This document shows positions 38,461 through 51,904 of a stretch of DNA of 64,000 nt, piece by piece. Made by a program: the position numbers and the translations under genes. Origin of the DNA: Camelus dromedarius (Eukaryota); the NCBI RefSeq assembly GCF_036321535.1, contig NC_087436.1, positions 95,420,001 to 95,484,000 on the forward strand, written 5' to 3'. The notes beneath the pieces were generated by a model. The model did no database searches, was not told where the DNA came from, and saw only the letters and a list, made by a program, of their open reading frames with translations. Position 1 is the first letter of the stretch. Every line of letters begins with the position of its first letter.

Positions 38461-40457
38461 CTCTATTCTGTTCTTCCTTGCTTTTTCCCAAAATGTAAAA
38501 TAGAGATGAATTCACCTTTTTTCCAAGGTTTCTTACTTTCAAAATTTTAACGATATCAAAAAGTTAAAAAATGAGTGCATATACGCAGGTCACTCACATC
38601 ACAAATGTTTATCCCTGTGGGTAGAAACCGCATTGGGTTCTGCTGCTCCAACTGAAATTCTAGGTCTGGGCAGTCAAGGTTAGAGTTCAAGTCATGGCTG
38701 GTGTGGCTTCACCCTGCTGATGAAAGGGCCAGGGTTCTTTCCCAAGAAACCTGGCCACAGCAGAGCCATTGGAAGCCACTCCTCTCAAGGTATCTGGCGA
38801 TGGTTTCAGCGAGGCTTCCTGAGGCTCCATCAGGATCTCAGCATGGAAGAAACAGTAATTCTCCCGTGGTCACCACAATGGCTGAACCAGGGGCACTTTC
38901 CCCACTGCAATGAGTCGGAAGTAACCCCACACTGGTACCTCCTGGTTCAAAGAGGATGTTGTTTACAGGAGAGGGGGTATGTAAAGCCGGAGGCCGGCGC
39001 AGTTCAACGTCAGTAATTCTGTGGTCCATCTAAGTGACTGCTGTCATAAGCTGCGGTAATTCGGGGGTGGCAGGGAGTAGAGTTAGACCCTCTTTTTTTT
39101 TCAAGTATTAACAGACTGTTTTGCTGAAAGCTTGCTTGTTCCTGGAGTCTTTTGTTATTGCTGCTTTTGTTGTTTTTTAAAAATAGAAGACTTTTTCTTT
39201 TTTTAACTGCTTCATTACCTAATTGGGTAGAAAACAGACTCATCTTGGCAAGATCAAGGTAAGTGAGAAGAGAGGGCCTGTGGCTGTCTGGAGGAGGGGC
39301 ACAACTGTGGGAGACAGGAAATGCCATAAACCCAACAGAGAAGGGGGATCAAGGAAGGCAGAGCATGGACGTCATATCATGAATCAATCTAGCACAAAGC
39401 ACTCGTTAAATACCTACTGCGTTCTAGATTTCTAATGCCCTGCTACCGTCTACTTGCTATGTATACTAGTGATGAGACAGAGACAACACGCTTCCAGGGC
39501 TGATGGGAGGTCAGTGGAAAAGAACCGGGAACACTTTGTCAAAATACAACTTTGCAACTTACTGTAGACTCAACATTCTGCCGATCAGAATGGGGCTTTA
39601 TTCAGGAGACATTATAGGACTAATTAATATCCTTTATTTGTATAAGGACGTGTTTCTTAATAGTTCATGTTAAAAAAAAGAACAAGAGCACGTCGATAGG
39701 TTTCTTATTTTATTTGGTCGAGAAAGTTCCCGCTGTATAAAGGCACACCTTATAAAGATTTGAACAGAAGGACAGATGAGTCTGATTCATTTGCTGTGGG
39801 AGGAGTCCCCGACTTGGGAAATTCTGAGGTCCAGGCAGTGATTTGTATGAGAGCTTCTCTGCAGATGACCTCCTGACAGTCGTCCCCACGATCATCCAGA
39901 CAACACCCTGGCAGGAGATCTGGGCTGCAGTGTGACCCCAGTGGCCTGGAGCATGGGAGGCATCATAAACGTCCTCCCTCCTGGACAGATCTGATCATTT
40001 ATTCCATATTGAACCATCAGACGCCACAGGTGCTCACTTTAGGGAAAGAAATAGATCGAGGTGATCAGATGCCTGCAGGGGCTGGGTCTACATGTGGTGT
40101 GTTGGGCTGGCACGAGGAGGTGGTTACAGATACTTCACGCTGTCCTCTTGCAAGCTGAGCTCTGCTTCTCACTGGCTGACAGAGCACAACGCTTCTCAGG
40201 GGTGGTGGTCATTTCAACTTTGAACTATATTTTTTTTCTTGAGGTCAAAACATTTTGGAAGTACATAGCTCTGGACTCACCAATGGGAAAATCTGAACTG
40301 TTTTGCAGAAATTAACTTTTTTTTCAGGGACATTTCATTTTCTTTTAATGTAAGTTACTGTTGTATTATTATTCCTATTTTAGTGAAGATCATGCTTTCT
40401 GGAGTTTTTTTAATCAAACAAAAATGAACTGGAAGAATTGGTCAAAAAGAAAGGGGA

Positions 40458-40485
<28 letters not shown>
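40458..40485. repeat. (GT)n microsatellite
   Basis: Seen directly. Confidence 0.95.
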
Positions 40486-40488
<3 letters not shown>

Positions 40489-40995
40489 AATGAGAGTTGC
40501 TGCTATATAAGGGATTCATGTAAAAATAAAGGATTTGTGAATCAGGCACAGGTTAAAATCCTAACTAACTTCAGCATTTATGAAGTGAAATGGGACAAAT
40601 TAGACAACCTCAGTTGTTTCAACTGTAAAATGGGCATAACCTTCACTGTTCAGCACTAGCACACAGAGGAGGTACTCGATGAATGACAGTGTTCATCATT
40701 ACATCTAGTGGAAGCTCAGAAAAAATTTTATGGAACTCATGGCACACTTCCATAGTTTTAGCAGTTCTATAGCTTTTGACTATTTTACCCATTTGGCTAG
40801 TGAATCTTCAGACCTGTTAACTTCAGTGTCAGGACTCCAGATTTTGTGTATAGATCTTATGTCAGAGGGTTTGAAATGGGAGCCCAGACCCAGGTGTCAT
40901 GGATGTGATGGTGGGCCAGCCCATTCTGCACATCCTACATCACAGGTTGGTGTCATTCTTAATGCCTAACACTGCTGCTGCTCGAGAAAACGTGG

Positions 40996-41726
40996 CATTT
41001 CCTACACTGTTGGTGGGAATGGAAATTGGTACAGGCATTATGGAAAACAGCATGGAGACTCCTTTAAAAACTAAAAATAGAGTTACCATATGATCCAGCA
41101 ATACCACTTTTGGGCATATATCTGGAGGAAATTCTATTCAAAAAAATAAGTGCACCCCAATGTTCGTAGCAGCACTATTTACAATAGCCAGACATGGAAG
41201 CAATCTAAATATCCATTGACAGATGACTGGATAAAGAAATTGTGGTGATATACACAATGGAATACTACTCAGCCATAAAAATAATGAAATAATGCCATTT
41301 GCCACAACAGAGATGAACCTAGAGATGATTATACTAAGTGAAGTTAGTCAAATAGAGAAATACAAGTATCATATGATATCACCTTATATGTGGATCTAAA
41401 AGAATGATACAAAAGAACTTATTTACAAGACAGAGACTCATGGACATAGAAAACAAACTTACGGTTAGCAAAGAAAAAGGGGGAGGGGGAAGAAGGGATA
41501 AGTTAGGAGTTTGAGATTGCAGATACAAACTACTATATATAAAACAGATAAACAACAAGGTCCTACTGTATAGGACAGTGTATTCTATTTAATATCCTAT
41601 AATAAACCATAATGGAAAAGAATATGAAAAAGAATATATATAGATGTATAACCGAATCACTATGCTGTACACCAGAATCCAACACAACATTGTAAATCAA
41701 CTATACTTCAATACAGAATAATAGAA
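40996..41726 (+). mobile_element. Younger lineage L1, ORF2 end plus 3' UTR, 5'-truncated
   Basis: cctacactgttggtgggaat..tatggaaaacagcatggag..acaatagccagacatggaagcaatc..caactatacttcaata; TSD agaaaacgtgg (40985-40995) / agaaaacttgg (41727-41737). Confidence 0.92.
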
Positions 41727-42316
41727 AGAAAACTTGGTGTTATTAAAGTTATACTCATTTGCTAAACAGAATGAGTAAGGAAGAGTATACAGTGTCTGAA
41801 CTTGACCCCCAGGCAGGAGGGGACCAGAAGGTGAGTCTTGGATAAGAGATCTGGGCATCTGGGCTGAAGAGGCAGGGAGCAAGGGGGAGAGGGTGGAAGG
41901 AAATCTGCAAGACAGTGCTGAGAGGTAAACCAGACTGAAGGACAAGTGGACGCCCACATGAAGGGTCACTGTAAGGAGGCTGAACAGAGCTGTAGATGCA
42001 TGAAAACAGAATCAGTGGAAAACTTGAGGACAAAGAAGGAGGTTTGGGATGGAGAGAAGAGAGAGGCCTGAGAAAACTCCCCAGGACCTTAGAAAGTCGC
42101 TGCAGGATACCTGTACTTGGGAGGATGGGGTTGGACAGTCTGGATGAGGGAGGTATGGAGAGTGCCAAGCTGGGTCACCCAAACGCGCGCGCACATGCGT
42201 GCACGCGCACACACACAGAGTCCCAGCCTCCATACCCAATTCCACTGGGAAGTCAAGAGCCCCTCAAAGATGTTTGTTTTTTAATAACTGAATTTTAGTA
42301 CTTAATACTCTAAAAT

Positions 42317-42486
42317 GACTGTTGTCAACTTCGGCAATCATCTGAGGAGCTCTATAGAAACGCCAACACCAGGGCGCAGACCAGCAGCAATTCAACAGAA
42401 GTTGGTGGGGTGGATCCCAGATAGGAGTGTTTTTTGAAAAAGCTCCCTCGATGATCCTTCAGTGCATCTGGGTTAGAGACCCACTG
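42317..42486. mobile_element. MER5-like MITE
   Basis: aatcatctgaggagct..aattcaacagaa..tttttgaaaagctccc..gat..ctgggttagagacccactg. Confidence 0.6.
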
Positions 42487-43774
42487 CACCCAAACGTTTA
42501 AAATTTAACTTATTTTTAATGAACTGATTGCCACTCATTCTGAACAGTCAGGACTTAGCATGCTTTTATTTGCCGCCGCTGTGGTCCACCATTCTACCTG
42601 TAGGAGCTGTCTCTCCTCCCTCCTCCTCTCCTGTGCTCTGACCTGAATCCTCCAATGATGTTCATATTATCTGGTGAAGCTGCTAACCAGCCTTGTCAGA
42701 GTTTGGTTCATGATCATTCTAGCCATTTGGCTGGTGGCGTTTTGGTCCTCTGAATGTTCAGTTTCAAGGTCTCCCAGTATTAAAATGTCTGTAGTCCTTA
42801 GATTGTGGGGATGAGAACTGGGAGCCCAGAAACACAAAACATGGAAAAGAGGGTAGGTCAGACCATTTGGCACATGGCAGCCTCACAATTCTTCAATTGT
42901 ACGGTTTGAGCCAAAACCCAAGGGTATTTAAGAATCAAAAGGCAGAAGAGAAACAACTCAGCTTACTGAGACCTGGGTTTAATACTGTCTCTCATCTGCT
43001 GTGTGATCTGGGACCAGATATTTTACCTCCCTGGACCTCTGTCTCTTTTTCAAAATAAGGGAGATGGACTAGAGAGTTTAAAAAGCAGTGAGCTATTTTA
43101 AAGAGAAATTCATATAGGGTAACATAACAATTAAGTATGTGCCCGCCACCGTCTCTAATAAATCCTATGACTTTACCATATTTGCTTCTTTATAGATTCT
43201 TAAGATACCTTTGAAGCCTCTTCTGAACTCTGGCCCAGTCCCATTCTCCTCTCTTCATCCCCAGAAACTATCATTATCCCTTTAATGGGATTTATCATTC
43301 CCGTGTGTATTTCTTATACTCTATACCTGCTGCAAACAATGTCTCACTTCATTTGGCTTGTTTACACTTGAAATGAATGCAATGGCTAGTCTTATTCTTT
43401 TTTAGTTTGCTGTTTAAAAATGTAATTCCGTGCTTGGAGGTTAATTCATGTTGATGCATGTGGCTCTGGTTTGTTCCGTATAACGTCCTGTTAAATGAAT
43501 GTACCATTTGGTCTAGCCAACCTTCTGATGCTGGATCTTCAGTTGTTCAGAATGGAGAAATTCTACGGTGTTCTCCTTCCAGTTGGAACCTTCTAGGATT
43601 TGGCATAAAAATAGAATTTTTCTGAAGAAGGTTTGTAGCAACATCTTTGACTTTTCCTCTTGTTCTCAGGTGTTCGCTTTTTCCACTGGTACCCTGTGGG
43701 CGTGTGTGAGATCACCAGAAGCCTGATCTTGGATCAGTGGGGTCATCCGGATGGTTAGTAAGCAACCAGAGAGG

Positions 43775-44025
43775 CTGCATCATGCAGTGATTAAAAGCAC
43801 GGACTTGGGAGCCAGTCAGACTTTGTTTTGCATCCTAGCTTTGCCATCTGTGAGTTGCATAGTTTGGGCAAATGATGTGACCTCTCTGAACCTGGATTTT
43901 CTCATCTGGAAAATGGAAAAAATCATTTCCATCCCATATGGTTGTTCTGAGGATTAAAAAAGATAATTCATGTAAAGTACTGGGCAGCATGCCTGCCACC
44001 TCAAAAGTGCTAGACAAAGTGATAG
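43775..44025 (+). mobile_element. MIR SINE
   Basis: gcagtgattaaaagcacggacttgggagccag..tttctcatctggaaaatgg..gttgttctgaggattaaa. Confidence 0.85.
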
Positions 44026-44026
44026 G

Positions 44027-44096
44027 ATATATATACACACACACACACACACATAATATATATATAATCTCTCTATATATATATGGTGAGAGAGAG
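44027..44096. repeat. Compound (TA)/(CA)/(GA) microsatellite
   Basis: Seen directly. Confidence 0.85.
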
Positions 44097-44204
44097 CTCT
44101 GCCAAGACCAGAGCTCATATTTACCGTGCTCTTCTAGGCATTTCCAGTTCAACATGATGCCTAACACATAGTTTATACATAATAAATGTTTGCTTAAAAA
44201 AAGA

Positions 44205-44950
44205 ATAAGTTTCCTACAAAATTAAACATACTTTTACTCTGTGATAAAATCACACTGCATGGTATTCACTTAAAGGAATTGAAAACCTATGTCCACCCAA
44301 AAACCTGCATGTGGATATTTACAGCAGCTTTACTCATAATTGCCAAAACTTGGAAGCAACCAAGTACCGTACTGAACTATACGGTTCAGTAGGTAAGTAG
44401 ATAAACTTGGTACATCCAGACAATGGAATATTCTTTACTGCTAAGAAGAAATGAGCTATCAAGTTATGCAAAAGATGTGGAGGAACTTTAAGGGCACATT
44501 GCTGAGTGAAAGAAACCAATCTGAAAAGGCTACATAGTGTATGATTCCGACTATATGACATTCTGGAAAAGGCAAAACTGTGGAGACAGTAAAAGAGCAG
44601 TGATTGCCAGGGGTGAGACGGGGAGGGAGGAATGGGCAGAGCACAGAGGACTTTTAGGGCTATAAAAGTACTCTGTATGATACTATAATGATGGATGGAT
44701 GGACGTCATTATCCATTTGTTCAAACACCAAGAGTGAACCCAAATGTAAACTAAGGACTTTGGGTGATTGTGATGTGTCAATCAATGTAGTTTCATCAAT
44801 GATTACAGATGCACTCTGGGAGGGTGTGGATTTTGAAAAAGGGGGAGGCTCTGCATGTTCAGAAGCAGGGGGGAGATGGGAAATCTCTTCCCCTCAATTT
44901 TACTGTCCATGTTAAACTGCTCTAAAATACAGTTTTTATTTAAAAATAGA
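44205..44950 (+). mobile_element. L1MC1-like 3' end
   Basis: cataattgccaaaacttggaagcaacc..gacattctggaaaaggcaaaactgtggagacagt..ctgtatgatactataatg..caagagtgaacccaaatgtaaac. Confidence 0.85.
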
Positions 44951-46668
44951 ATAAGCAAGTATGTAAACATACAGGTGAGATGATTGGAAAATATATTTCC
45001 ACTGGGATCAAAGACAGCGTAGCCTATGAAATGATACAGCGGTTCCTATTAGTAAAGCGTGACTCAGAAAAGTTGAGAGAATTTTTCCTGAAGATCAAAT
45101 ACTCTGTCATATAAATCAGTCATGTCTTTCAATCCCCCAAAACAGTCTTGCTGAAGCTTAGGTGAAGAATAGCCCCAGAAGCAGCCAACAGCTCAGATAT
45201 TACCTACAATTTCCTATTTGTCACTGTCGCAGCTCCCAGCCCTAATTGCTCCATCCCGTCTGATCAGAGTTCATTCTCTAGACAGCCTGACTTCTTAAGT
45301 GAATGTCCACGTTTACAGTGGAATAGCAGGCACTTCCTGGCAGGCTCCTTCCAGACAAGGAGCCTCTGTTCGCCTTGGGACTGGGGAGGAAACAGCCTCT
45401 GACTGTCCCAGCTGGTGAGTGAGGAACCCCAGCCCTGGGCCAGCAGACTTTACATACATATTTTTGAGCTCTGGATGGGAAGCAAACCAATAGGTTATGA
45501 TAATGCCAGCTTTTTTAAAAGCAGCACTTAGCAATCGTGTTCACAGGCTAGCATTTAATACAACAAAAATTCCTGTTATCTACTCCTTTCAGTGGTAGAG
45601 AGTTTGCAAAGGTGTGTCATTTCCAAATAAAGAGCTTTAGATGGGAGCTCGTGCTGAACAATGGTGGAGGATTGTTATGGTTCTGTTTTACTTTGGAGGC
45701 TGTGCTTACATCCTGCTTCAAGCCTTTACAAATTCTATATACACGTTTGAGATGGTACTAGTTTATTGGGCTCCTACTTAAAAAAAGGAAGAAGGTAACT
45801 GGTGTTTCTGCTTGGCTTAGAGGTTAGTGTATTGAATGTGGTGGGTTTGTGGGATTTTTGGTCTGCTAGGTGCAAATGGATTCAAATCCTTGCTTTGAAT
45901 CGGCTTTTGCCTGCCTTGGGGGTCACATTGGGGCCTTTTGTGGGGGCCATCCTGAGTCAGAGGAGGGGAGGAATGACAAGGATTATAGGATTGTAGGTGG
46001 CTATTGTCTCACCAGCAAGCTCGGACAACCAGACTCTCTTCTTCTGTTGAGGGGAAGCTGGATTAGGAGAGAGAGGAGCCGGTGTGGCCCTGAGACCTGA
46101 CTGTCCCTACCTACTTCCCCCCACCCCTGACCCCATCACCTTTTTACTGACCCAGAGAGAGGAAAGAAGAGATGTGCCCTGCCGGGGCAAAGTGCTAACT
46201 GGCAGTGCCCTGCTTGAGCTGAGGCCCTTGACTGAGCCACTCACTAATCAGAAGTGACTGAGGCTCTGAAGAGAATACAGTCCTGCCTGGGTTCCACCCT
46301 CCATGCTAATGAAGAAGGCAGTGAGGTGGATAATAAAGGGCAGTGATGTGAATAATTCCACACTGATAATCCAGAGGTAATGAAATGCATTATGAGTTTT
46401 GGGGACAGCAGATTTCCTTTACCAGTCAAAGCTGTCTTAAGATAAAATGAGCTTGCCTTTTCTAAGCACAGAGCAGCTGACTCTAGGAGGAGCCACTGGC
46501 AGCCGGCAGGGAAGGCAGGGGCTGTAGGGGAGCCACCCTGGAATTCAGAATTCAGGCAGCCGTGAAAACTACATTTAGGAAGCCTGCGTGTGCACACAGG
46601 AGAGTGCTTGTGATACAATTTAAAATGGAAAAAAAATAAATAAAGAAGCATGCAAAGTGAATATTTTG

Positions 46669-47036
46669 AGGGGGGAGGGTACAGCTCAGTGGCAGAGGAC
46701 GTGCTTAGCAGGCACAAAGTCCTGGGTTCAATTCCCAGTACGTCCACTAAAAATACATAAATAAGCCTCCTGCTCTGTCACCTTCCAAGTTGGCCCCCAC
46801 TCTGTCTGTGGAATGTATATCTACTTTTACTTTAACCAACCCCCCAACACCTCGTGACCTCTCTGGCCTTCTGAGACAGCCTATACTCGGTCTATGGAGC
46901 GTGCATCTCTCCGGATAAGTGTACTTTCACTCACTCACTCACTCAATCACCCTAATTACCCCCACCCACAAAAACCTTAAAAAATGAAAAAAAAAATAAA
47001 TTTACAAAAAAAAATTATTAAAAAGACCCCAAACCC
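46669..47036 (+). mobile_element. Composite tRNA-Ala-derived SINE with an internal LTR-like insert, inside an L1ME 3' end (~46580-47250)
   Basis: A box cagctcagtgg (46682), AGC anticodon loop cttagca, B box gggttcaattccc (46724), insert ~46765-46950, tail cctaattacccc, poly(A); TSD aaagtgaatattttg (46654-46668) / aaattgagtattttg (47037-47051). Confidence 0.8.
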
Positions 47037-49899
47037 AAATTGAGTATTTTGGACAACCACAGCAATGTACAAACGAAACAAAGCTAACACCAAACAAGAC
47101 TCTATCTACATAGAAGACTGGAAGGAAATACACCAGAAATATTAACAGTAGTTATCTAAGCAGGGGAACTTCAGGTGATTTCTTTTATTCTTCCCTCAAC
47201 TATTATTTTCTAATTTTATACTAACTTGGATTATTTTCTTAATGAAAAAAGGGAACGCGCTAAAAAGAGAATTTGGCTTGGCAGAATTCTTTCCCAGAAT
47301 AGACAGAGGGGAGGAGACTGTGATGCCAACTTTTTGGCTAATGTGGATGGGCTCGGAGTCCAGGCAGGCTCGACTTCACTGCACATGTTGTTAGAGGTCC
47401 CAGCAGCCCTCTTCTGGGTAAGAACATCTCCTCTGTCAAACTCAGGCTGGCCCTGCTGTTCTGAGAATTTAAGAGACGCTTTCAGAGGCAGCAGGTTTTG
47501 GCTACATGTTCTCCTTAGCGTAGAACCAATTTCTACCATATTTAGTATCTTCCTAGAACCTCTTCCTGGTTATGTTTCTTTTTCAATTTTTCTAGTTTTC
47601 AAACTAGTTTTGAAAATAACACTGTTAAATTGAATGGTTGCCTTATTTCACCAAGTCTGGAACTGGCCAGCCTGTGGGATTTATAGTAGCTATACGGGAG
47701 GAGATGACTGATTATTTCTCACTCTTACTAATGAGACAAATGTGGGAGGTTTAGTAGCGAATCCTTTATTTCATTAAGATTTTTAATTCATGAAGGGGAT
47801 CTGCCACCTAAAAAATGAAATCCATATTTTCTTCTGCAAATGTTTGGGTGTTAAGACAGAAAATCCTTAGGAGCCTTTGATTACTCCTTCTCACAATATT
47901 GCTTTTGGCACTGGATCTGCCAGATGTTTATGCTGCTGCTGGCCACGACCCTGTTTAGGGTTGAGTGGATGCATTGCTGGAGACTTGCAGCACCCCCGTC
48001 TCACGGAGCTGAGTGGACTGCATTACTCAGTGTGATCTTAGATGTTCCAGATGTTCAAGTCTTGTCCTAACAGCCTCACACGCATGTTTCTGCTGATGTG
48101 TAACCATTTCACACTTCTCTATACTATAGCCTAGAAGCGAGGACAGTGATACCTGTAATTATTCAGAGAATTAAACGAAACACGTGTGAAGTGTTGAGTA
48201 CAGTGCTCCGCAGGTAAGTTCTCTGCTGGACCCAGCAGTCAGGTGTCTGTGAGTTACAGAGCTCGCCTGGAGGAAGCCAAGGACGCCTACAATACTCACA
48301 GCCCCTCCTGAGCACCTCCTTATGAGGTACTATGAAGAACTTCTGAAGTCAATTTCCTTCAGAAGTACCGAGTCTGTAACAGGGGTTTTTTGGGGGTTTG
48401 TTTTTTGTTTTTATTTTTGAGGAATGATAGCCCAAAACCTTCTTTATCAGAGAGAAATAGAAAACTTTGGGTATGTAGAATACAAAGTTGGAAACTGTCA
48501 TAAGAGGAAAATTCTGAAATAGAAACTTAAAAGGACTTTATTGTTTCTTCTTTTGAAATGTGCCAGCTGATACTATGTGTTCGGTGGGAATTCTGTCTTC
48601 AGCGTCCCGCCGAGTTTCCCCAGGACAGATTGAGGAGAACATTAGAGCAAGGCTTCCAAATATGCTTGTTATAATATATTATTATATTCTTAGTTAAATG
48701 AATTAACTGATATTTGCTTTTAAGCAAAAAATTTTTTTCAAGTATTGAAACCTTTTATTCTAGCATTCCCCAAATTGACTGGAAAAAACAAGCTTCTACA
48801 TTTTAAAAGTTTATATAAATTATATGAATTGCAATTTTCATCAAGGTCAAAATGAAATATTCTGCATAGGACAAAAGATGTGCTGAAACAACATATCATA
48901 TTTGTACAAGGCCATAGAATGTCATAGATATTAGTGACGAAAAGCTTGTCTATGGCAGACGGGGAAATGAAGCCAGTTTGTTATTCTATAAGACGATAAA
49001 TTACTCTCACTGTATGGAAGTTCCAGTGACATACAGAGTTCTGTGTGGGAACTCTTGTGCTTCTGGCTGGTACATCATCTACTTTTTAATATGTGAACTG
49101 AATACAGATGTTTCTGAGAGTTTGTGCAAAACCATTGTATTTACAAAAATGGCTCCAAAGTGAATTCGGTTGATGTACATGCACGCCTCACTCACACCTT
49201 CAACAACAAAAGGTATCCTAACACTGCAGAACTGGGTAAGAACGCTTGATTCAACGGCAGCTGTTAAGCATAGTCACATAAGTTACACCAGACTGGGCAA
49301 ATATTACCAAGTAAAATTCTGTGGTTGAAGCTGAAACAGGTAACAGTGCAGCCATGTCTGCCCTCCAAGGTCTTGTCCCCTTGGCTAGTGCAGATGGGAC
49401 TGGAGGTGGGCAATGGCCCTGAGGACAGTCCTGTATCCTGGCCCATCTGGAATGGAAGTGGCTCCCTCCCTCAATCAGCTCTCTTGGGGAGCTGGGACTC
49501 ACGACAGACTTGGAGGGTCAGGTAGCAGAAGCAGTAGAGATGGAGGCAGGGGGGTAGCTGAGCCACTGAAGGGGCTATAGATTTTGTCTCCAGCTTCTTT
49601 TCCTGAACCTCTTCTGGAAACAGACACCCACTTCTGAACATAGCTATCAAGTCCGGCCAAAGCCCTTCCTCAGTTTTTCCTAATTAGGTTCTCTCTCTTC
49701 TCTGGGAAGGAGGCTCTGTGGGCCTTGGCTCCACAAGTGGATGCCTCAGGGGCCAGACAGGTAACTTCAGTGAGAAGGGCCCAGATGCAAAAAAACGGGG
49801 CTGGGGAGGGCCTGTGACTAGTGAGAAGGCGTGTCTGCCAAAGGCACTCAAACTAAAGAAGAATTAACACCTGTCTTGGCTGATGAAATAAATGAGGTC

Positions 49900-49991
49900 T
49901 CCCCCACCCCAGTTTTACTGAGATATAATTGACAGATAACACTACATACGTTTAAGGTGTACAGTATAATGATCTGACTTACATATATTGT
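49900..49991 (-). mobile_element. 92-bp L1 (L1MA9-like) 3' end fragment
   Basis: ttttactgagatataattgacagataac..gtttaaggtgtacag; perfect 14-bp TSD aaataaatgaggtc. Confidence 0.8.
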
Positions 49992-50119
49992 AAATAAATG
50001 AGGTCATAACATGGCCCTTGCTGGGGATTTTCTGCTCCAGATAATATCAGCTCAGAAGTCTGGGCCTCATTCACTCACGCTGTAGAGGGACTTCCTCCAA
50101 GAAGTGGCTGCTGTGGAGG

Positions 50120-50460
50120 ACATCATGGGCCACATGTTTGTCCCTTCCAAATCCTAACGCCCCGAGATGGAGTTTTAGGAGGCGGGGCTTTGGGAGGCGA
50201 TTAGATCATGAGGGTGGATTCCTCATGACTAGGGTTAGCGCTCTTATAAAAGAGACCTCAACGAGCTCCCTGAATCCTCCTACCTCGTGGGGACGCAGTG
50301 AAAAAGCATCGTCTACAAACCAGGAAGTGGATCCTACCAGACACCGAGTCTGCCAGCATCTTGCTCTTGGACTTTCCAGTCCCCAGAGCTGTAAGAAATA
50401 AATTTCTGTTGTTTATAAGTCATTCAGTTTATGGTATTTTATTATAGCAGCCTGGATAGC
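50120..50460 (+). mobile_element. MLT1A-type LTR
   Basis: ggggctttgggaggcgattagatcatgagggtgga..aataaatttctgttgtttataag..tatggtattttattatagcagcc. Confidence 0.85.
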
Positions 50461-51453
50461 TGTTTGCTGACTGACCGTCTAAATATTAAAGACAAAAACC
50501 CTGAAGGAATAGATCTAACTACTTACCCTAATTAAAAAAAAAAAAACTTCTGTAAATTAATAAATAAATTATAAGGCAAACCAGAAACTAAAATAAGTCC
50601 TCGTAATAGACATTTTTGATGCTGTCCACTATAGCTGAGCATTAATGCTGTATGCCTCCTTCCTTCTGCAGTCTGTGGATCCAGAGGAAGTCCTCTGTGA
50701 GGTGACTGAGTGTCTATTAGCCTGTGGGTCTTAAGTTCTACTCCCTCTGAGCAACTAATCCCCCAAAACAATTTGGTTCTAAAACTGTGGGGGAAGTGAA
50801 GTATTTTGTTTTTGAAATTTTTATTGTCATTTCTATGATACATTAGCTCCAAACTGGACACTCAGATAGTGTCTACTGATGGGAATGTGTAAATGTGTTT
50901 TATGTTATTTGCTCTTCTTAGGGTACAACAAAACACCACCGCCCAGTGGGGAATGGTGACATCAGCTCCCATGTGTCCCTGGCTCCGAGTCACATAGGAC
51001 TGGAAGGATTATTATACCTCCATGCAAAACTGAATGCCTCTATGTAAGTATGTAACTTAAATGAGCTCAGTTTAGAGAAAGCTCCCAAATTCCCTGCTTT
51101 TGTTGGTACTGTCTTCTATCTTCTAAGAATTAATTAAGATGTCTGGGTTTTAAACTGGTAGCACAATTTCCCAGCTATGATTTCCTTCGTGACCCAGAAA
51201 AACCCCTAAAGTATATATATCTATCTCATAGAATTAAAACGACTTAATATAATACCAAATAATAGAAGCCTATTGTTTTATTTTGGAATGTGCTGGACCT
51301 TGTAACTTCATCCACAACATCACAGAACATGAATAGCTTTGGAAAACAAGCTATGAATTGGATGCCAGAAACACTGTTTTAAGGAAAGATGGCAATAGAA
51401 TATATACTCACAGAGACATTCTCACTGTTGGGGACTGTCTATCGAGGTATTCT

Positions 51454-51705
51454 CTTTTATTTATTTTTTGTTCTTTTAATTAATTAATTAATTAATTTTT
51501 ATTGAAATATAGTCAGTTACAATTTGTCAATTTCTGATGTATAGCATAATATCCCAGCCACACATATATATGCATATATTCATTTTCATATTCTTTTTCA
51601 TTAAAGGGTATTAAAGATATTGAAGATAGTTCCCTGTGCTATATACAGAAGAAATTTGGTTTTTTTAAAACTATTTTTATATATGGTGGTTAACCTTTGC
51701 AAATG
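51454..51705 (-). mobile_element. Younger lineage L1 3' end
   Basis: ttttattgaaatatagtcagttacaat..attcattttcatattctttttc..atagttccctgtgctatatacag; flanking ggtattct repeats (51446 / 51710). Confidence 0.85.
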
Positions 51706-51904
51706 TCAGGGTATTCTTGAAAAACAGATTTTTAAAAAGACATAAGTCAAGAAGGAGGACAAGTTCATGCTGCTGGATAAGGTAGGGCTAATTCTTGGAA
51801 TCCTTAGGATGATCCCCTTTGGTTATGGGGGCCCTAGTGTCAGCATCCAGGAAGATCCCTGGGAAGAGGAAAGGAGAGCAAACACAAAGGTGAAAAAAAT
51901 CCCA

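Noticed and set aside
46670..46746. tRNA-Ala(AGC) gene (also 21858-21930 on minus)
   Set aside because: Stem mismatches, SINE tail, and for the 46.7 kb copy poly(A) and TSD; these are SINE heads
46244..46747. 167-aa minus-strand ORF
   Set aside because: Starts in the antisense SINE head (VLGIEPRTLCLLST) and crosses L1 sequence
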